In this document: positions 38,878 to 52,105 of the stretch, piece after piece
How positions within the stretch are numbered: position 1 is the stretch's first letter
How the letters are laid out: each line of letters begins with the position of its first letter
Source of the DNA: Octopus sinensis
Lineage: Eukaryota
DNA length: 64,000 bases
Assembly: GCF_006345805.1 (NCBI RefSeq)
Contig: NC_043014.1
Span: 51,398,001-51,462,000, forward strand
Direction of reading: 5' to 3'
Made by a program: the position numbers and the translations under genes
Notes under the pieces: model-generated
The model's database searches: none
What the model was told of the DNA's origin: nothing
Seen by the model: only the letters and a program-made list of their open reading frames with translations

Positions 38878-40029
38878 CATCGGCTAATGTATCTTCTTAC
38901 AAAGAGATGGCGCTGTGCCATTGAAATTAATCAATATTCTCTTCCATGTTTATGCAAGTTGGCAAGAACTTTCCCATTCCAAATTGAAGGTGTTGCAATT
39001 ATTCTGTTAATGTTTGTTGCGATGAGTGCGAATGTCACGAAATCCACATGGCCTTCCATTCTAAATTCGGTTGTTAGTTACGAAATAAATATCACTTCGC
39101 AGATTAGTTTAAAAAGATTACTTCCATTGGTACCTCGAAAATCTGAAATTATGCTAATCTAGTTTCAGCTGCCGCATAACCTTGCTTATAAATCGTTTTA
39201 GCATTAAAGTTCCATCAACAGACACTTAGGTAACCAAATTTGCTGTGCGTAGCAGAAGATTAATCTAATAGTGGGAGTGAATGCAGGATAATTATTAAAT
39301 TATCCTAGAAAGGGTAATTCTAATCTGTTACACCCATGGCAGTTAAATTATGTTTTCGACATTGGAAGTTTGAAGTGAAAAGAGAAAATCAGGTAGCATC
39401 CAGATAACTTATATATGCCAAAACTCCATCCGCCTTAATTCACCTACTTCTTTCTTCAGACGTCGAAGTCATTTTGTTATTTCTGTATTATGTGAATCTC
39501 TTTATCTTATTCATTTGAAAGTCCATTTGTAAACCGTGTAAACCATTATACTATTCCTATACACACGCACAGACAAACACTTAGTCTCCACAGATATGTT
39601 GTTGACGAAAAATGGATTTAGAACTTTCCTGAGTACATGGATTTATAAATTTCTTGAGTGTGAATATCGGGTTAAAAATCGCTTTGGATAGGTAAAATAA
39701 AACGGACAACCTTCGACTCGTTCGATCTAAACACGCTGTTATTTATAGCTTTATCTACTTCAAGTGAAACCAGTCGGAAATATATGCACATACGCCTAAC
39801 AATATTTATACACTTCTGTATATGTATGTATGTATTTAAAAGAAGCGTGGCGTTTATGATGTAATATTTATTCTATGGTTTACAATTGTTTCAACAACTT
39901 ACAGATAACCAAAATACCATGCCACGTGGAAGGTCATGAACGAGAACGACGATTTACTCATGAATATTATACAATATACATCGCATATTAGCACCAGCTG
40001 TTAGTTCTTCACATGGAAGCACTCCGTCG

Positions 40030-40380
40030 ATTACGACAATGAGGGTTCCGGTTGATCCGATCAACGGAACAGCCTGCTCGTGAAATTAACGTGTAAGTGG
40101 CTGAGCACTCCACAGACACGTGTACCATTAACGTAGTTCTCGGGGATATTCAGCGTAACACAGAGAGTGACAAGGCCGGCCCTTTGAAATACAGGTACAA
40201 CAGAAACAGGAAGTAAGAGTGAGAGAAATTTGTGGTGAAAGAGTACAGCAGGGATCACCACCATCCCCTGCCGGAGCCTCGTGTAGCTTTAGGTGTTTTC
40301 GCTCAATAAACACTCACAACGCCCGGTCTGGGAATCGAAACCGCGATCCTATGACCTTCGACTGAGCCATTGCGCCTCCA
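40030..40380 (-). mobile_element. SINE family E with alternative central domain
   Basis: Colinear with 29705-30057; terminal stem-loop gttcc-g-gttgat(ccg)atcaac-ggaac. Confidence 0.9.
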
Positions 40381-40399
40381 CAGTTCTTCACAACCGACT

Positions 40400-40568
40400 G
40401 GACAAAGAAATTCATATAGTTTACAGCTGAGTGGACAGAGGCAATATGAAACGAAACGCTTTATTGAAGAACATAAGGTACTGCCAGGTCTGAGTATCAT
40501 AACCAAGATCTTGCGATCTTAATTCTTGGCAAAAGGCAAAAACTTAACCACTACACCACGCGCCTTCA
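40400..40568 (-). mobile_element. CORE-like SINE, degenerate
   Basis: cagctgagtggacagagg...accactacaccacgcgccttc. Confidence 0.55.
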
Positions 40569-40575
40569 GGAGAGC

Positions 40576-40640
<65 letters not shown>

Positions 40641-41466
40641 ACTAATCACTAAATTGAGTAAGTAACTTTTTAAACATTTCTTCGATGAATTAGTGAAATG
40701 AATTAAAAGACTAAAATGCGGTTTTCTTGTTATATTTAAGAAACAATATTAAGCAAATAACTTTGCTAAACAAGTAGATGGAGAGGAATAAAAAAAAGCT
40801 TGTTTTTCAATATAGTATTTAGATTAGCTTATATGAATTCTATTAATATAAGTAAATAAACTCAAATTTGGTTCTACAAAAGAAAAAAGTAAAAAACGTC
40901 AATGTACACTTAGCGTCTGGAGAAAATACATTTTGTGTAAAATATTTTGTTTTCGTCATTGATTTTCCAAAAGAAAATATAAGATGCTTTTCTTTTGCTT
41001 TGCTTGTATCAGTTATTAGACTGCAGCCATATTAGGACAACATCTTGAATGATTTAGTGGAAAAAAACTTCCTACTGCTTAATTTCCTTGTAAAAGAAAG
41101 TCTAGTAGTTATTCTATCGGATTCTTTTGTCATAGCGCCAAATCATGAGGGCTTAGACTTGGCAAGCAATGAGGCGCAAACACAACGATATACACACACT
41201 AACAGGGAAGTTTTGTCTAGCGAATGTTTCAAAGAAAGATGGGTGCATGTAGCAAGAATGGCACGTATGAATGACGAAGCCACCTTGAGCATAATCCTAT
41301 GAACCCGGAAAATTTAAAATAGAGGGTTACCTACTTGCAAACAAATGTGGTGACATGTAACAATATTGACCGAGGTTACCGTGTTCTTTTCCGTCGGCTT
41401 TTCTTCCCACGGATAAACCCTATCCGCTTCCCCCTTTACACTTTACATCATGACACTGTGATACAC

Positions 41467-41619
41467 GATCCCTATTGATCGTTTTTTTCTTTTGTTTCTT
41501 TTCCTTTTTTCCTTCTTCTTTCCCCTTTACGATCCCTTTTGATCGAAAACCTACCCAATTTTTTTTTTCTTTGTAATCTGTCCCCTCTGTGTGCAGCCCT
41601 GGGTGTCTAATAAAGAAAC

Positions 41620-41620
<1 letters not shown>
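41467..41620 (+). mobile_element. LINE 3'-end-like repeat (copy 2 of 2)
   Basis: See 12723-12850; ends cagccctgggtgtctaataaagaaa, followed by (TATC)n. Confidence 0.4.
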
Positions 41621-41677
<57 letters not shown>

Positions 41678-41744
41678 CATTCATCTATCCATCCAGCTAT
41701 CTATCTATCTATCTATTCATCTATCCATCCGTACGACGAGCATC

Positions 41745-41890
41745 CACACGGTTTCCGTCAACCAAATTCACAAGCCATTTGGTCGACCCAGGGCTACAAC
41801 AGAAGAACCTTGCCCAAGGTACCACATTATGATATTGAACTCCAAACCACGTGGTCTCAAAGCGAAGTTCTCAAACTACACATCTAAGCC
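41745..41890 (-). mobile_element. SINE family C
   Basis: tttccgtcaaccaaattcacaagcc...gaaccttgcccaaggtaccaca...attgaactcc. Confidence 0.75.
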
Positions 41891-42504
41891 TGGGGCCTAT
41901 GATTAAACTATGAAACAAACTGCAGATTTCTAATCTTGTGAATACAAAGAGAATTTCCTCAACCAAGCAACACCGCCAGGACCACATAAAGACTTGTGTG
42001 TGAAACGTAGTCGCGGTTTTAAGGAAAATGGAAGCCTCAGAGAATAAATTATTAGCAGTTAAATACATAATGTCGTTGCTGCGAAGAGATTTCTGGAAAC
42101 TTCGAAGATTATTGATAAAAGTTTTTACTTCCCTCGTTAATGTATAAATGCAGATAACCTAGAATTATGAGACAGTATTTAATGCTTACAGCTATAAATC
42201 CTTCCTAGAATTTCTTCACAAACGACACTTAGAATAATCCTTCAGTTTCTTTGTTACCTGTCGCAGATTTATTATAGATGGAACTTTATAACAACATAAA
42301 ACGTAAGAGCATATTTGCTATCGATCTGTTAGAAACTGTAACTAAATCTCCCTCAAATTACACTGTATCGTTTACATTTTTTTCTTTTACTTGCTTCGGT
42401 CATTAGACTGCAGCCATGCTGGGGCACTCCCCAGGGGAATTTCTAGTCGACTAAATCGACTCCCGTACTTATTGCTTATTTTCAACCATATATATATATA
42501 TATA

Positions 42505-42717
42505 TATCTGTAAAAGTAATATGTGACAATTATTCGGTAGCCAAGATAAAACTCCGAGTTTCGGATGCCGATGTGGAAATCCACGCCACCATCTCTTCAG
42601 TTATCCGGCCATCGGATAACTGAAGAGATGGTGGCGTGGATTTGCACCTCTCGGCATCCGAAACTCGGAGTTTTATCTTGGCTACTGAATAATTGTCACG
42701 TATTACTTTTACAGATA
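42505..42717. mobile_element. 213-bp foldback element with HHR-like motif in each 3' arm
   Basis: Near-perfect inverted arms with a 5-nt loop (42608-42612). Plus-strand motif 42615-42677: GAUAA-CUGAAGA-GAUG...CAUC-C-GAAA-CUCGGAG-UU-UUAUC. Confidence 0.9.
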
Positions 42718-42775
42718 AATTCCGCTATTTATATAATATCGAGGTCTCTTTCTTTTGTTATCTTACCGTTTTTAT

Positions 42776-42807
<32 letters not shown>

Positions 42808-42809
<2 letters not shown>

Positions 42810-42937
42810 GACTGGCTTCTTTCAGTTGTCGTCTATCAAATTATCTCACAAGGCTTTGGTCGGCCTGTGACTATAGTGAGATTGAACCGGGAACCATGTT
42901 GATGGGAAGCAAGATGCTTCCAACGCAGCCACACCTG
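42808..42937 (-). mobile_element. SINE family C, internally deleted
   Basis: ggcttctttcagttg...caaggctttggtcggcc...gattgaaccgggaaccatg...gcagccacacc. Confidence 0.75.
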
Positions 42938-43700
42938 CGACTACAAATGAAACGAATAAACAATATCGAGCAAGTGGTGGAGCCTCTATCTCCAGCTAAC
43001 TGACATGACAGAAATCGCAGCCAAGTTCACTCCAATTATGCAATTCTGGTTTTGAAAAGGAGGAAAATATCACATTAGTTAATAAAGAATTGTAAGTCCT
43101 GTACTAAATCCTGTACAATAGAAATTAGTCACACAACACACTGAGAATCGTGCTTATTTGGTCACTAAGCGGATTAAGTAAAGGACAATTTTCTTAGATA
43201 CATTATCTTGATACGGTAAACTGTCAATTTAAGCATTCTGTCCAGTGTGCCTCTAATGTGTACGATCAAAGTCACGGTCCTTTGGGGACTGACTATCTGC
43301 TAGAAATAAAGTGCAAATCAGATAAAGTGCGCACACGCCTCTGTACGTATGTGTGTGTGTGTGTGTGTGTGTGTACCGCTGATTACAACGCACTTTCAGT
43401 TCGGTCATCGTTTCCATCTATCTCTTTTCCCCACCGTCGTGGAGACCTGACTAATGGCATTTTTCGGTCTCTTGGATACCACTTGATAACTAAACGGAGC
43501 GCCCAGTTTGTTACCTGTCGACGTTGCGACATGTCAAACCCAGTGGAATTTGTGCTTTTGTTACTCTACCATATTGTCTCATTTCGAATGTGATTTCTTA
43601 ATAGTATTACGAGCAAGAAATCTTTCCATTGCCTTTGTGCCTTAGCCAATCGTTGTCCTGTCATCTTCGTAGTAGCCCACGTCTCTTTATTCATACATTC

Positions 43701-43733
<33 letters not shown>

Positions 43734-43816
43734 ATATATATTATATATATATATATATATATACAAACTGGCTGACGGTTAGTAAGAGAGACATAAATAA
43801 GAAAGAAGAAAACAAA

Positions 43817-43859
43817 GGACCACTGATGCGGTCACTGATGTGACGAAAGAACTCTGGCC
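43817..43859 (+). ncRNA. Hammerhead-like motif (A9C), solitary
   Basis: GGACCA-CUGAUGC-G-GUCAC(UGAU)GUGAC-GAAA-GAAC-UC-UGGCC, with a perfect 5-bp helix II directly before GAAA. Confidence 0.55.
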
Positions 43860-44628
43860 GAAATAAGATTAAGATTAATGTAAAAAATAACTAACACTGA
43901 AGCAAAATAACACCAAATATATAATGCGTGTGTTTTTATTGGCTAAACTGGCAAAATGACCATTCCGAAATATAACAAGTGTGTATGGTTGGATGGTAAT
44001 TTTTAATCACTATATATATATACATACATACAAATTTATAATTATATAACTAATTATATTAAAGATTAACCACACTAAAAATAGACGACAATTGGCTCTA
44101 AAGCCTCTTCAATACTCCATTAGTACTGATATTGTTTTAGAGCCATTTGGCCTCTATTTCTGGCGTATTGTTGTGGTTAATGTGAACAGTTTAATATAAT
44201 TATTTATATGGTTATAAATTAGCATAAAATGTTACCTATAAGGGTTTTTTCTCCCGCTGGCTACTTCAGAAAATCATTAAAGTATGATTTAAATATTAAT
44301 CCGGCGGATATTTGATATACCTTCGAAGAATTTCGGCCTCCACCTCTTTTTGTGCGTGTATGTATGTATGTATGAATGTGTGTGTGTGTGTGTGTTTACT
44401 TTTGTATTATAATAAAGCCACTTTTTCATTAAATTGAACGATGAGTCAAGACTTTTGGTAGATTAAAAATTTATTATTCTTGAACAACCATATTATTTAG
44501 AGTGACTTCGAAATTTTGGCCAACTAACCCATCATCGGTTGTTCGAGAATGACTTCGCTGGCTGAAACTTCGAGTGCCCTGTCAATACTATTTCCGTTAA
44601 AGAATAACACACACTCACACACCGTATG

Positions 44629-44685
<57 letters not shown>

Positions 44686-45802
44686 AATTTACATCTATAT
44701 AATCACAGACGGACGTCTTAAGTATTTAATAAAATAGGAAGGCACCAAACCATTTTCAATATGTCGGTGTTGTTGTTTTATAACGTTCTACGTTTTGGTC
44801 TGAAGAAATCTTTCTTACGACTTTCGTATTAAATACATCGATAAACATTTCGCGGAAAGACACTAAGAACAAAGAGAAGGATAAAATCAATACCAGAATG
44901 ATATCAGTTCTCTGTAGGTGCTATATCTGTGTATCACCATGATATTAGAATGAAAGAATGCAAATAAGAAAAAAAAAACCCAGTAAAACCATATGAAACC
45001 TTGAAACAGAATTAAATCCGAATAGCGTGACGAAGTCTGTTTTTTGTATAATCTATTTCCTTTTTTCCTTTTTTCTTTTTATTTTTCTTGGCGTAAGTTC
45101 CTTTCAGTTATTATCTCTGTAGAATTTCCCTCGGGTATATACCAATTCCTAACTAATTTCAAGACACGTTTCCTTACAAAGACAAACAGAAAGTCACATA
45201 TATAGCTTAGAATTGCTAAAGGCGAATTTGATTGTGGAAATCGCAATCTCTGTCTGTATCTTCTGCTATATATAGTGTGTGTGTGTGTGTGTACGGGAGA
45301 CAGTGTGTGGCTGGAAAAAAAAATCTACATTTATATTCATTTGAAGACTACATTCAGCAAAAAGCATAAGGTCATATAAAGTAGTGATATTACTTACAAC
45401 ATATATATACATACATTTATGTGTGTGTATGTGTGTTCTCTGTGTTAATATAATAACGTGATGCGCTGAAGACCCGCGGTTTACCTGCACTATTAGCACT
45501 CATCCTAGAAGATGCGTTTAACCACAGCGATGAAACGTGTGTAGGGATTACACTTTTATTGACTGGCAGAGACATTATTAGCACGCCAGATAAAATGCTT
45601 ACTATAATTACTTTCAGCTTTATGTTCTGAGTCAAATTTCCGTTCTGAGGTAGACTTTGCCTGTCATCATTTTGGGTCCGATGACATAAGTACCTGCTGA
45701 ACACAAGGATCGAAGTAATTCACCAGACCCCTTCCGACAAATTTCAGACCATGGAAAGATTATTATTATTGTTATGATTATTATCATTAAGGAAGGAATA
45801 TT

Positions 45803-45983
45803 ATTATTACTTCCACCTTAGCGAAGGCGGTTGTATTGTTTTCAGTCGTGTTTGCTTGTCTGTGGACAAGATATCTCAAGAACCGCAGGATGGATTCGAA
45901 TGAAACCTTTGGGGACGTTTGGGCTCGTGACTGTCACGAACCGATTAGATTTTTGGGATCGATCCAATACCGTACAAGGATTC
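45803..45983 (+). mobile_element. Helentron/DINE-1-like non-autonomous element (interrupted)
   Basis: ttattacttccacc...gaaggcggttgtattgttttcagtcgtgtttgcttgtctgt...gatggattcgaatgaaac architecture, interrupted by a SINE. Confidence 0.5.
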
Positions 45984-46003
45984 TATATTATTTGTTACAT
46001 TTA

Positions 46004-46237
46004 AAAGGCGGCGAGCTGGCAGTATCGTTAGCACGCCGGGCGAAATGCGTAGCCTTATTTCGTCTGTTGTTACGTTCTGAGTTCAAATTCCGCCGAGGTC
46101 TACTTTGCCTTTCATCATTTCGGGGTCGATAAATTAAGCACCAGTTATGCACTGGAGTCGATGTAATCGATTTAATCCGTGTGTCCGTCCTTGTTTGTCC
46201 CCTCTACGTTTAGCCCCTTGTGGGTAGTAAAGAAATA
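46004..46237 (+). mobile_element. Full-length SINE family A with perfect 20-bp TSD
   Basis: tatattatttgttacattta at 45984-46003 and 46238-46257. Confidence 0.95.
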
Positions 46238-46829
46238 TATATTATTTGTTACATTTACTTTACTTTACATGAAGTGTTACGATCTTACTTTCACTTTCAA
46301 GTCCTTCCCTGATTATCTCAGTGTTTTCACGTAAGTAATGGCGGTGTTGCTATTTCCAAAGTTTTATTTTCGTTTCTCTGTTATTAATTTTACTCGCGTC
46401 TCTATCCTAATAGAAACTGATGGATAAAGAAATCAAACTACATAAACAAACGGCAGCAAAACCGTTCGGAAATTAAATAACACTAACATATTCAGTAACA
46501 ATAATAAATTTAATTTATCCTCGACAATTTTTAGTGTTACTAATTTCGAATATATCGCTCCTGTTTAAAACCTTTTACCTACTTGACATTTCCATTTCTA
46601 GCTCTACCTTGAAGGAAGTTTTACTTCTTGGACTCACGTTTTTGTGCGCAACGATGTTAAACCTCCGTTAACAGCACCGTATGCAGATCCTCTCCTCTTT
46701 CTTTCACGCAGGGATAAATTTATCTCTCTAGACATTAATGGTCGTAAAGACACTATATCAGTGGATAAACTAAAAGAGGCCTTCAGAGAGAATATCGTCT
46801 CATTCTATTTAACTTATATATAAATATAT

Positions 46830-47075
46830 ACGAGCAAAAGGCCCCCCCCGTCCAATGGACGGTGCTGATGTACTTGCGCGTACAAATGCACGTTCCCACG
46901 GCTTTATCGATCGCATTCTCTCCTGGAATCGATTTTTGTAATCTTTTCAAGACATACACGCCCTGACACCGTCGGTATCTACATATCAAACTTGAGCGCA
47001 ATCGGCTGGAGAATACCCGAGATCCTAAACGACTCACAGACAGACAGAATGGATTATATATATATATATATAAAC
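46830..47075 (-). mobile_element. Helitron-like 5' fragment
   Basis: Minus strand: tatatatataatcc-(ctgt)n-gagtcg...ccgattgcgctcaagtttgatatgtagat, the same 5' layout as 30287-30400. No 3' CTAG end found. Confidence 0.5.
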
Positions 47076-47644
47076 ACACATAACTTACTTAGCATTATGA
47101 ATTATTTCGTAAACAGCTTAAGGATCGTTATTCGTTTTTCGAGTAGAAATTTATTATGTATTTGTTGAATTAATAATAGATATTTTCTTCCCAAATACTA
47201 TTTCTATAATTTTATTTTTGCAAATTCATTAGATTTCAGAATTTGCTAAATCAACAGAAAACTGAATTTCTGTATTAATTAGATATTATGGACGCTGGAC
47301 ATTATCGGCAAAGTCTGGTTCTGCTGAATGTGCTATTGTGTTCCTCTTTGTATCATTTTCGCTTAACATCGTTCAAATAGCTTTATTTTCTGAGACTGCT
47401 CGAGTATTGTGTCTGTGTGTGTATATATATCATCATCATCATCATCATCATCAGACTGCATTATGTCATTTGTAACATTCGAATACGCTACAACTACAAA
47501 CGTATAAGAACATAGATATGTCTCTGAGTGTGTATATGTGTCTGTGTATATTTATTTGTTTATATATAGAAAATTGTAGATATATATTTGCATAATCATG
47601 CACACACACACATACACAAATATATCCATACATACATTCGGGAG

Positions 47645-47685
<41 letters not shown>

Positions 47686-47841
47686 TCTCTTTTGCCTGCG
47701 TTGTTTGCCTTTTAAGTGCTGTGTGTGTTTTACTGGGATCTCCCTTTTAAGTAGAAAGAATAGCCAAAACTCTTTGACTGCTATTTCTAAATTTTGTGTG
47801 TGGTGAGGCAAATCGTTGCTAAACCCTTAACTACTCAGTAT

Positions 47842-47898
<57 letters not shown>

Positions 47899-48254
47899 CG
47901 TGTGTGTGTGTGTATGCATAAACATCCTTACTGAGAGATAGAGTAACATACAAAGAAACTGAGAAATTATGAGAGATACAGAAAGCGAAAGCTTCCCTCC
48001 CTTCACATATATGCTTCCACATAACCATCTCCTTTCAAATATCATACTCTTCTACTCCGTCCAACTGAATACCGTGTCACATACTTTCACATTTCTATTT
48101 ATCGATATAAATGCATATTCACCCATCGCTGTGTGTTTGTTCATATAAATATATACGATGTAGATTATGTATACGAATAATGAAAATGTGAATAAATTTC
48201 CATGATAATCTTCGAATTTGTATCTAACATTATTCTTAGATTTGCATGATAGGC

Positions 48255-48417
48255 ACAGGTGCGTCTGTTTTCGTAAGTCTGCTTCTCCAGCACATGGTTC
48301 CGGGTTCAGTCACACTGTATGGCACCTTGGACAAATGTCTTCCACTAGAGCCCTCGGACTGACTAAATCGTTGTGAGTGGATTTGGTAGTCGGAAACTGA
48401 AAACCAAAACCGTCGTG
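48255..48417 (+). mobile_element. SINE family C
   Basis: cacatggttccgggttcagtc...ggcaccttggacaaatgtcttc...gtgagtggatttggtagtcggaaactgaaa. Confidence 0.85.
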
Positions 48418-48621
48418 TGTGTGAGTATGTTTGTGTACGCGCGCATGTATCTGTGAATGTATATTGCAAACAGGAACATGAAATGGAAAGGAATTAATGC
48501 CAATAAATGGCAAACCCAAGCGAAAATCCGACCTGGATGGAGAAAGCATTTGAAGTCATGCCAAAGCCATGGACAGCTATAGTCGTGACGACTGTCTACA
48601 GACAACACACACACACACATA

Positions 48622-48955
<334 letters not shown>

Positions 48956-49009
48956 TTTATATATATATTTATATAAGTGAGTGTGTGTATGTTTGTGTCT
49001 TGTGCCTGT

Positions 49010-49190
49010 GCCACACCACTGCTTTACAACCGGTGCTGGTTTGTTTACACCACTAAAACTTGGCCGAGAGAATAAGTACGAGGCTTTTGAAAAAAAAAAA
49101 TGTAATTTCTGGAGTCGATTAAGTCGACTACGAAATTATTCAAAGCGATGCCCCAGCACGGGCACAGTCTATTTATTGAAACAAGTAAAA
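49010..49190 (+). mobile_element. SINE-like family D, degenerate
   Basis: acaaccggtgctggtttgtttacacc...agaataagtacgagg...gcgatgccccagcacgg. Confidence 0.65.
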
Positions 49191-49624
49191 AGACGATGTT
49201 TAAAAACGAACACAACTGTTGTATTTCAATTAAAGACAAAATGCAGTGTTATTTCCCCCTCAAACTTTTAATAAATATATAATCGGAATTTGGTAAGTGA
49301 TAATTAACACATCAATTAACTTGAAGAATATTATGCGATGGCATTTACAGGAATTGGTAATTAACTAGGAAGCTGGGTTTGGCTTCCCGCTGTAATTCAT
49401 GAGCTCAACATACACACACGCGCGCTGCACCAAGTCGCAAACACACCGGCACGAGTGCACGTGCCCTCACATATGAAACGGTGTTGAACGTGATTGTGAA
49501 GTACGTGCTTTTATTCCGGTAATTTGTTGAGAATTCATAAACTAATGATAAAGTTGAGGATGATGTTTATAAAAAGAGGCATGAAAAATATAATTGACTA
49601 GCTAAACAGATAACAAAGTACGGA

Positions 49625-49655
<31 letters not shown>

Positions 49656-49809
49656 CTTTCTGTCTCTCTCTCGATCTATCTATCTATGGCTCTCTCTCTG
49701 TCTCTATTTCTGTGCCTCTATCTGTCGGTCTATCCATCTGTCTGTCCGCTATCTGACTATCCATCTGTCTATCAGTCTATCAATCTAACTGTCTATCTGT
49801 CTATCTATC

Positions 49810-49922
<113 letters not shown>

Positions 49923-49967
49923 ATGTATGTATATAATACCTACGCACACACACACATACATATATAT

Positions 49968-50007
<40 letters not shown>

Positions 50008-50019
50008 ATTTGTGTGTTT

Positions 50020-50175
50020 GTCCCTCCACCATCGCTTGACAACCGATCTTGGTGTGTTTACGTCCTTGTAAATTAGCTTAACAGGCTCACGAAGTCTAGA
50101 GATCGATTTATGTAACTAAAAGGCGGTGCTCCAGCATGGCCACAGTGAAAATGACTGGAACAAGACAAAGAATGA
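50020..50175 (+). mobile_element. SINE-like family D
   Basis: ccaccatcgcttgacaaccgatc...aaaggcggtgctccagcatggccacagtgaaaatgactggaacaag. Confidence 0.75.
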
Positions 50176-50822
50176 AAGACTATATATTAGTTATTGGCCA
50201 ACTGGTTTCCGCTGGTGTTCAAAGGCAAAATCAGAGAGTGATTGCTTCGATTAAGAACGTAATTTCGCCCTGTTACTCTTTCATTCATCTCAATTCAGAA
50301 GGGAAATATGGAATATTGAGAGAAAGAAAGAGTAAGGGGACGTGTAATACAAGAGTGGAGAGCAGAAGCGAAAGGAGAAACATAGAGAGAATGAGAGAGA
50401 GGGGCAGAGAGAGCGTAGACATAAAAGCAACCGAGGAAGGTACTAATAAAAACTGCGAAATGATCGGCAAATATTTAACGGAAAGAACGCATCCATGTTA
50501 CCGCGTGTGTGCGTGAATGTATGTATGTGCATGTGTGCGTATAAACGCATGCGCATAAAACATGTTTCTCTGGGATTGGTTATGTAGGAACCGTTGATGA
50601 AACCCCAATAATTGTCGAAAATCAATTAAGGCTGTTCATAATTTTTTTCTTCTTTAATCTAACGAGAAATAGGTAAAATTGACTCGCTCGTATTTCTAGT
50701 ATGTTGGTTTGTATTCATATATATATATATATATATATATACATACATACATGTATATATATACATACATACATGTATATACATACATACATACATGTAT
50801 ATACATACATACATACATGTAT

Positions 50823-50884
<62 letters not shown>

Positions 50885-51813
50885 ACACGCACCAAGGAAG
50901 ATGGAGATAGAAAGAGCCGAGTTAGGACTAGAATAGAGAACAATTAGAAATGAGTGACAGAAATCAAGAGAGAAGGGAATAGAACGAAGGGTGGGGAGTG
51001 GGAGAGAAAATGAGAACGAGGCCCGGGGTGTGAGTGGGATATAGTATGGTTGGAAAAGGGAGTGGGAATTTATATTAAAAAAATGTTTTCAGCGGCAATT
51101 CATTGGTTTTTTTTTGGGGCTTTATTTTTTTTTGGCTTTTCAATACTAACAAAGGAAAAAAAAATAATGATGAAAATAAGGGAAGAAGAAACATTCTCCG
51201 GTGGCTAATTATTTAGATTTTAACGAACGAGATGTGTGAACTAAATAAATGTAAATAAAATAAATAAATAAATAAACACTTAAATATATATAAAGAAATA
51301 AATGTGTAAATAAAATTGTTGTACTATAAAAAAGTATGTCACAGAATTGTGCTGATTTCTTTTGACAACGGAATTCATAGAATTTCTATTGTTGCAGAAT
51401 TCTGTTGAGAAAGTCTCTGACAGATTCTTCACAAGCAACTGATTGTTGCTTATTGTTTCCTGTTTGTTGGATTTCTGTTCTAATATATTTATTCGCGTGT
51501 TTGCTTTATTTTCCTACCAGTCCTTCCTCCCCTCTTTGCCGTTAGTATTCCTGTTCGCATTATATTCCTGTTCGTATTATATTTGAAGTGTTGTTTTTAG
51601 TATTTGCAGTCAGTCAATCAATCTCAGAGAGAATCATAGGCTTTATATGTAAATGATTCAGTAAAAATTGAAAAAATACGTCAGCCAACATTCATATGCG
51701 TGTCTCTGCTGATATATGTATGCATGTGTACATATTTATACATACATACATACATATATATACACACACATATATATAATATATGCATACATATACATAT
51801 AATATATGCATAC

Positions 51814-51866
<53 letters not shown>

Positions 51867-51876
51867 CATATATATT

Positions 51877-51922
<46 letters not shown>

Positions 51923-52105
51923 CATATATATGTGCATATATTATATATATACATACATATATATATGTGCATATATATATATATATATATATATTATACA
52001 TACATATATATATGTGCATATATATATATATATATACATAAATATATATATGTGCATACATATATATATATATACATATATATTTATATATATGTTTGTG
52101 TGTGT

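Noticed and set aside
44420-44600. Minus-strand CCGAUGA...GGCC-AAAA motif within short inverted repeats
   Set aside because: The putative core overlaps a competing helix and no helix I forms; too ambiguous to call an HHR.
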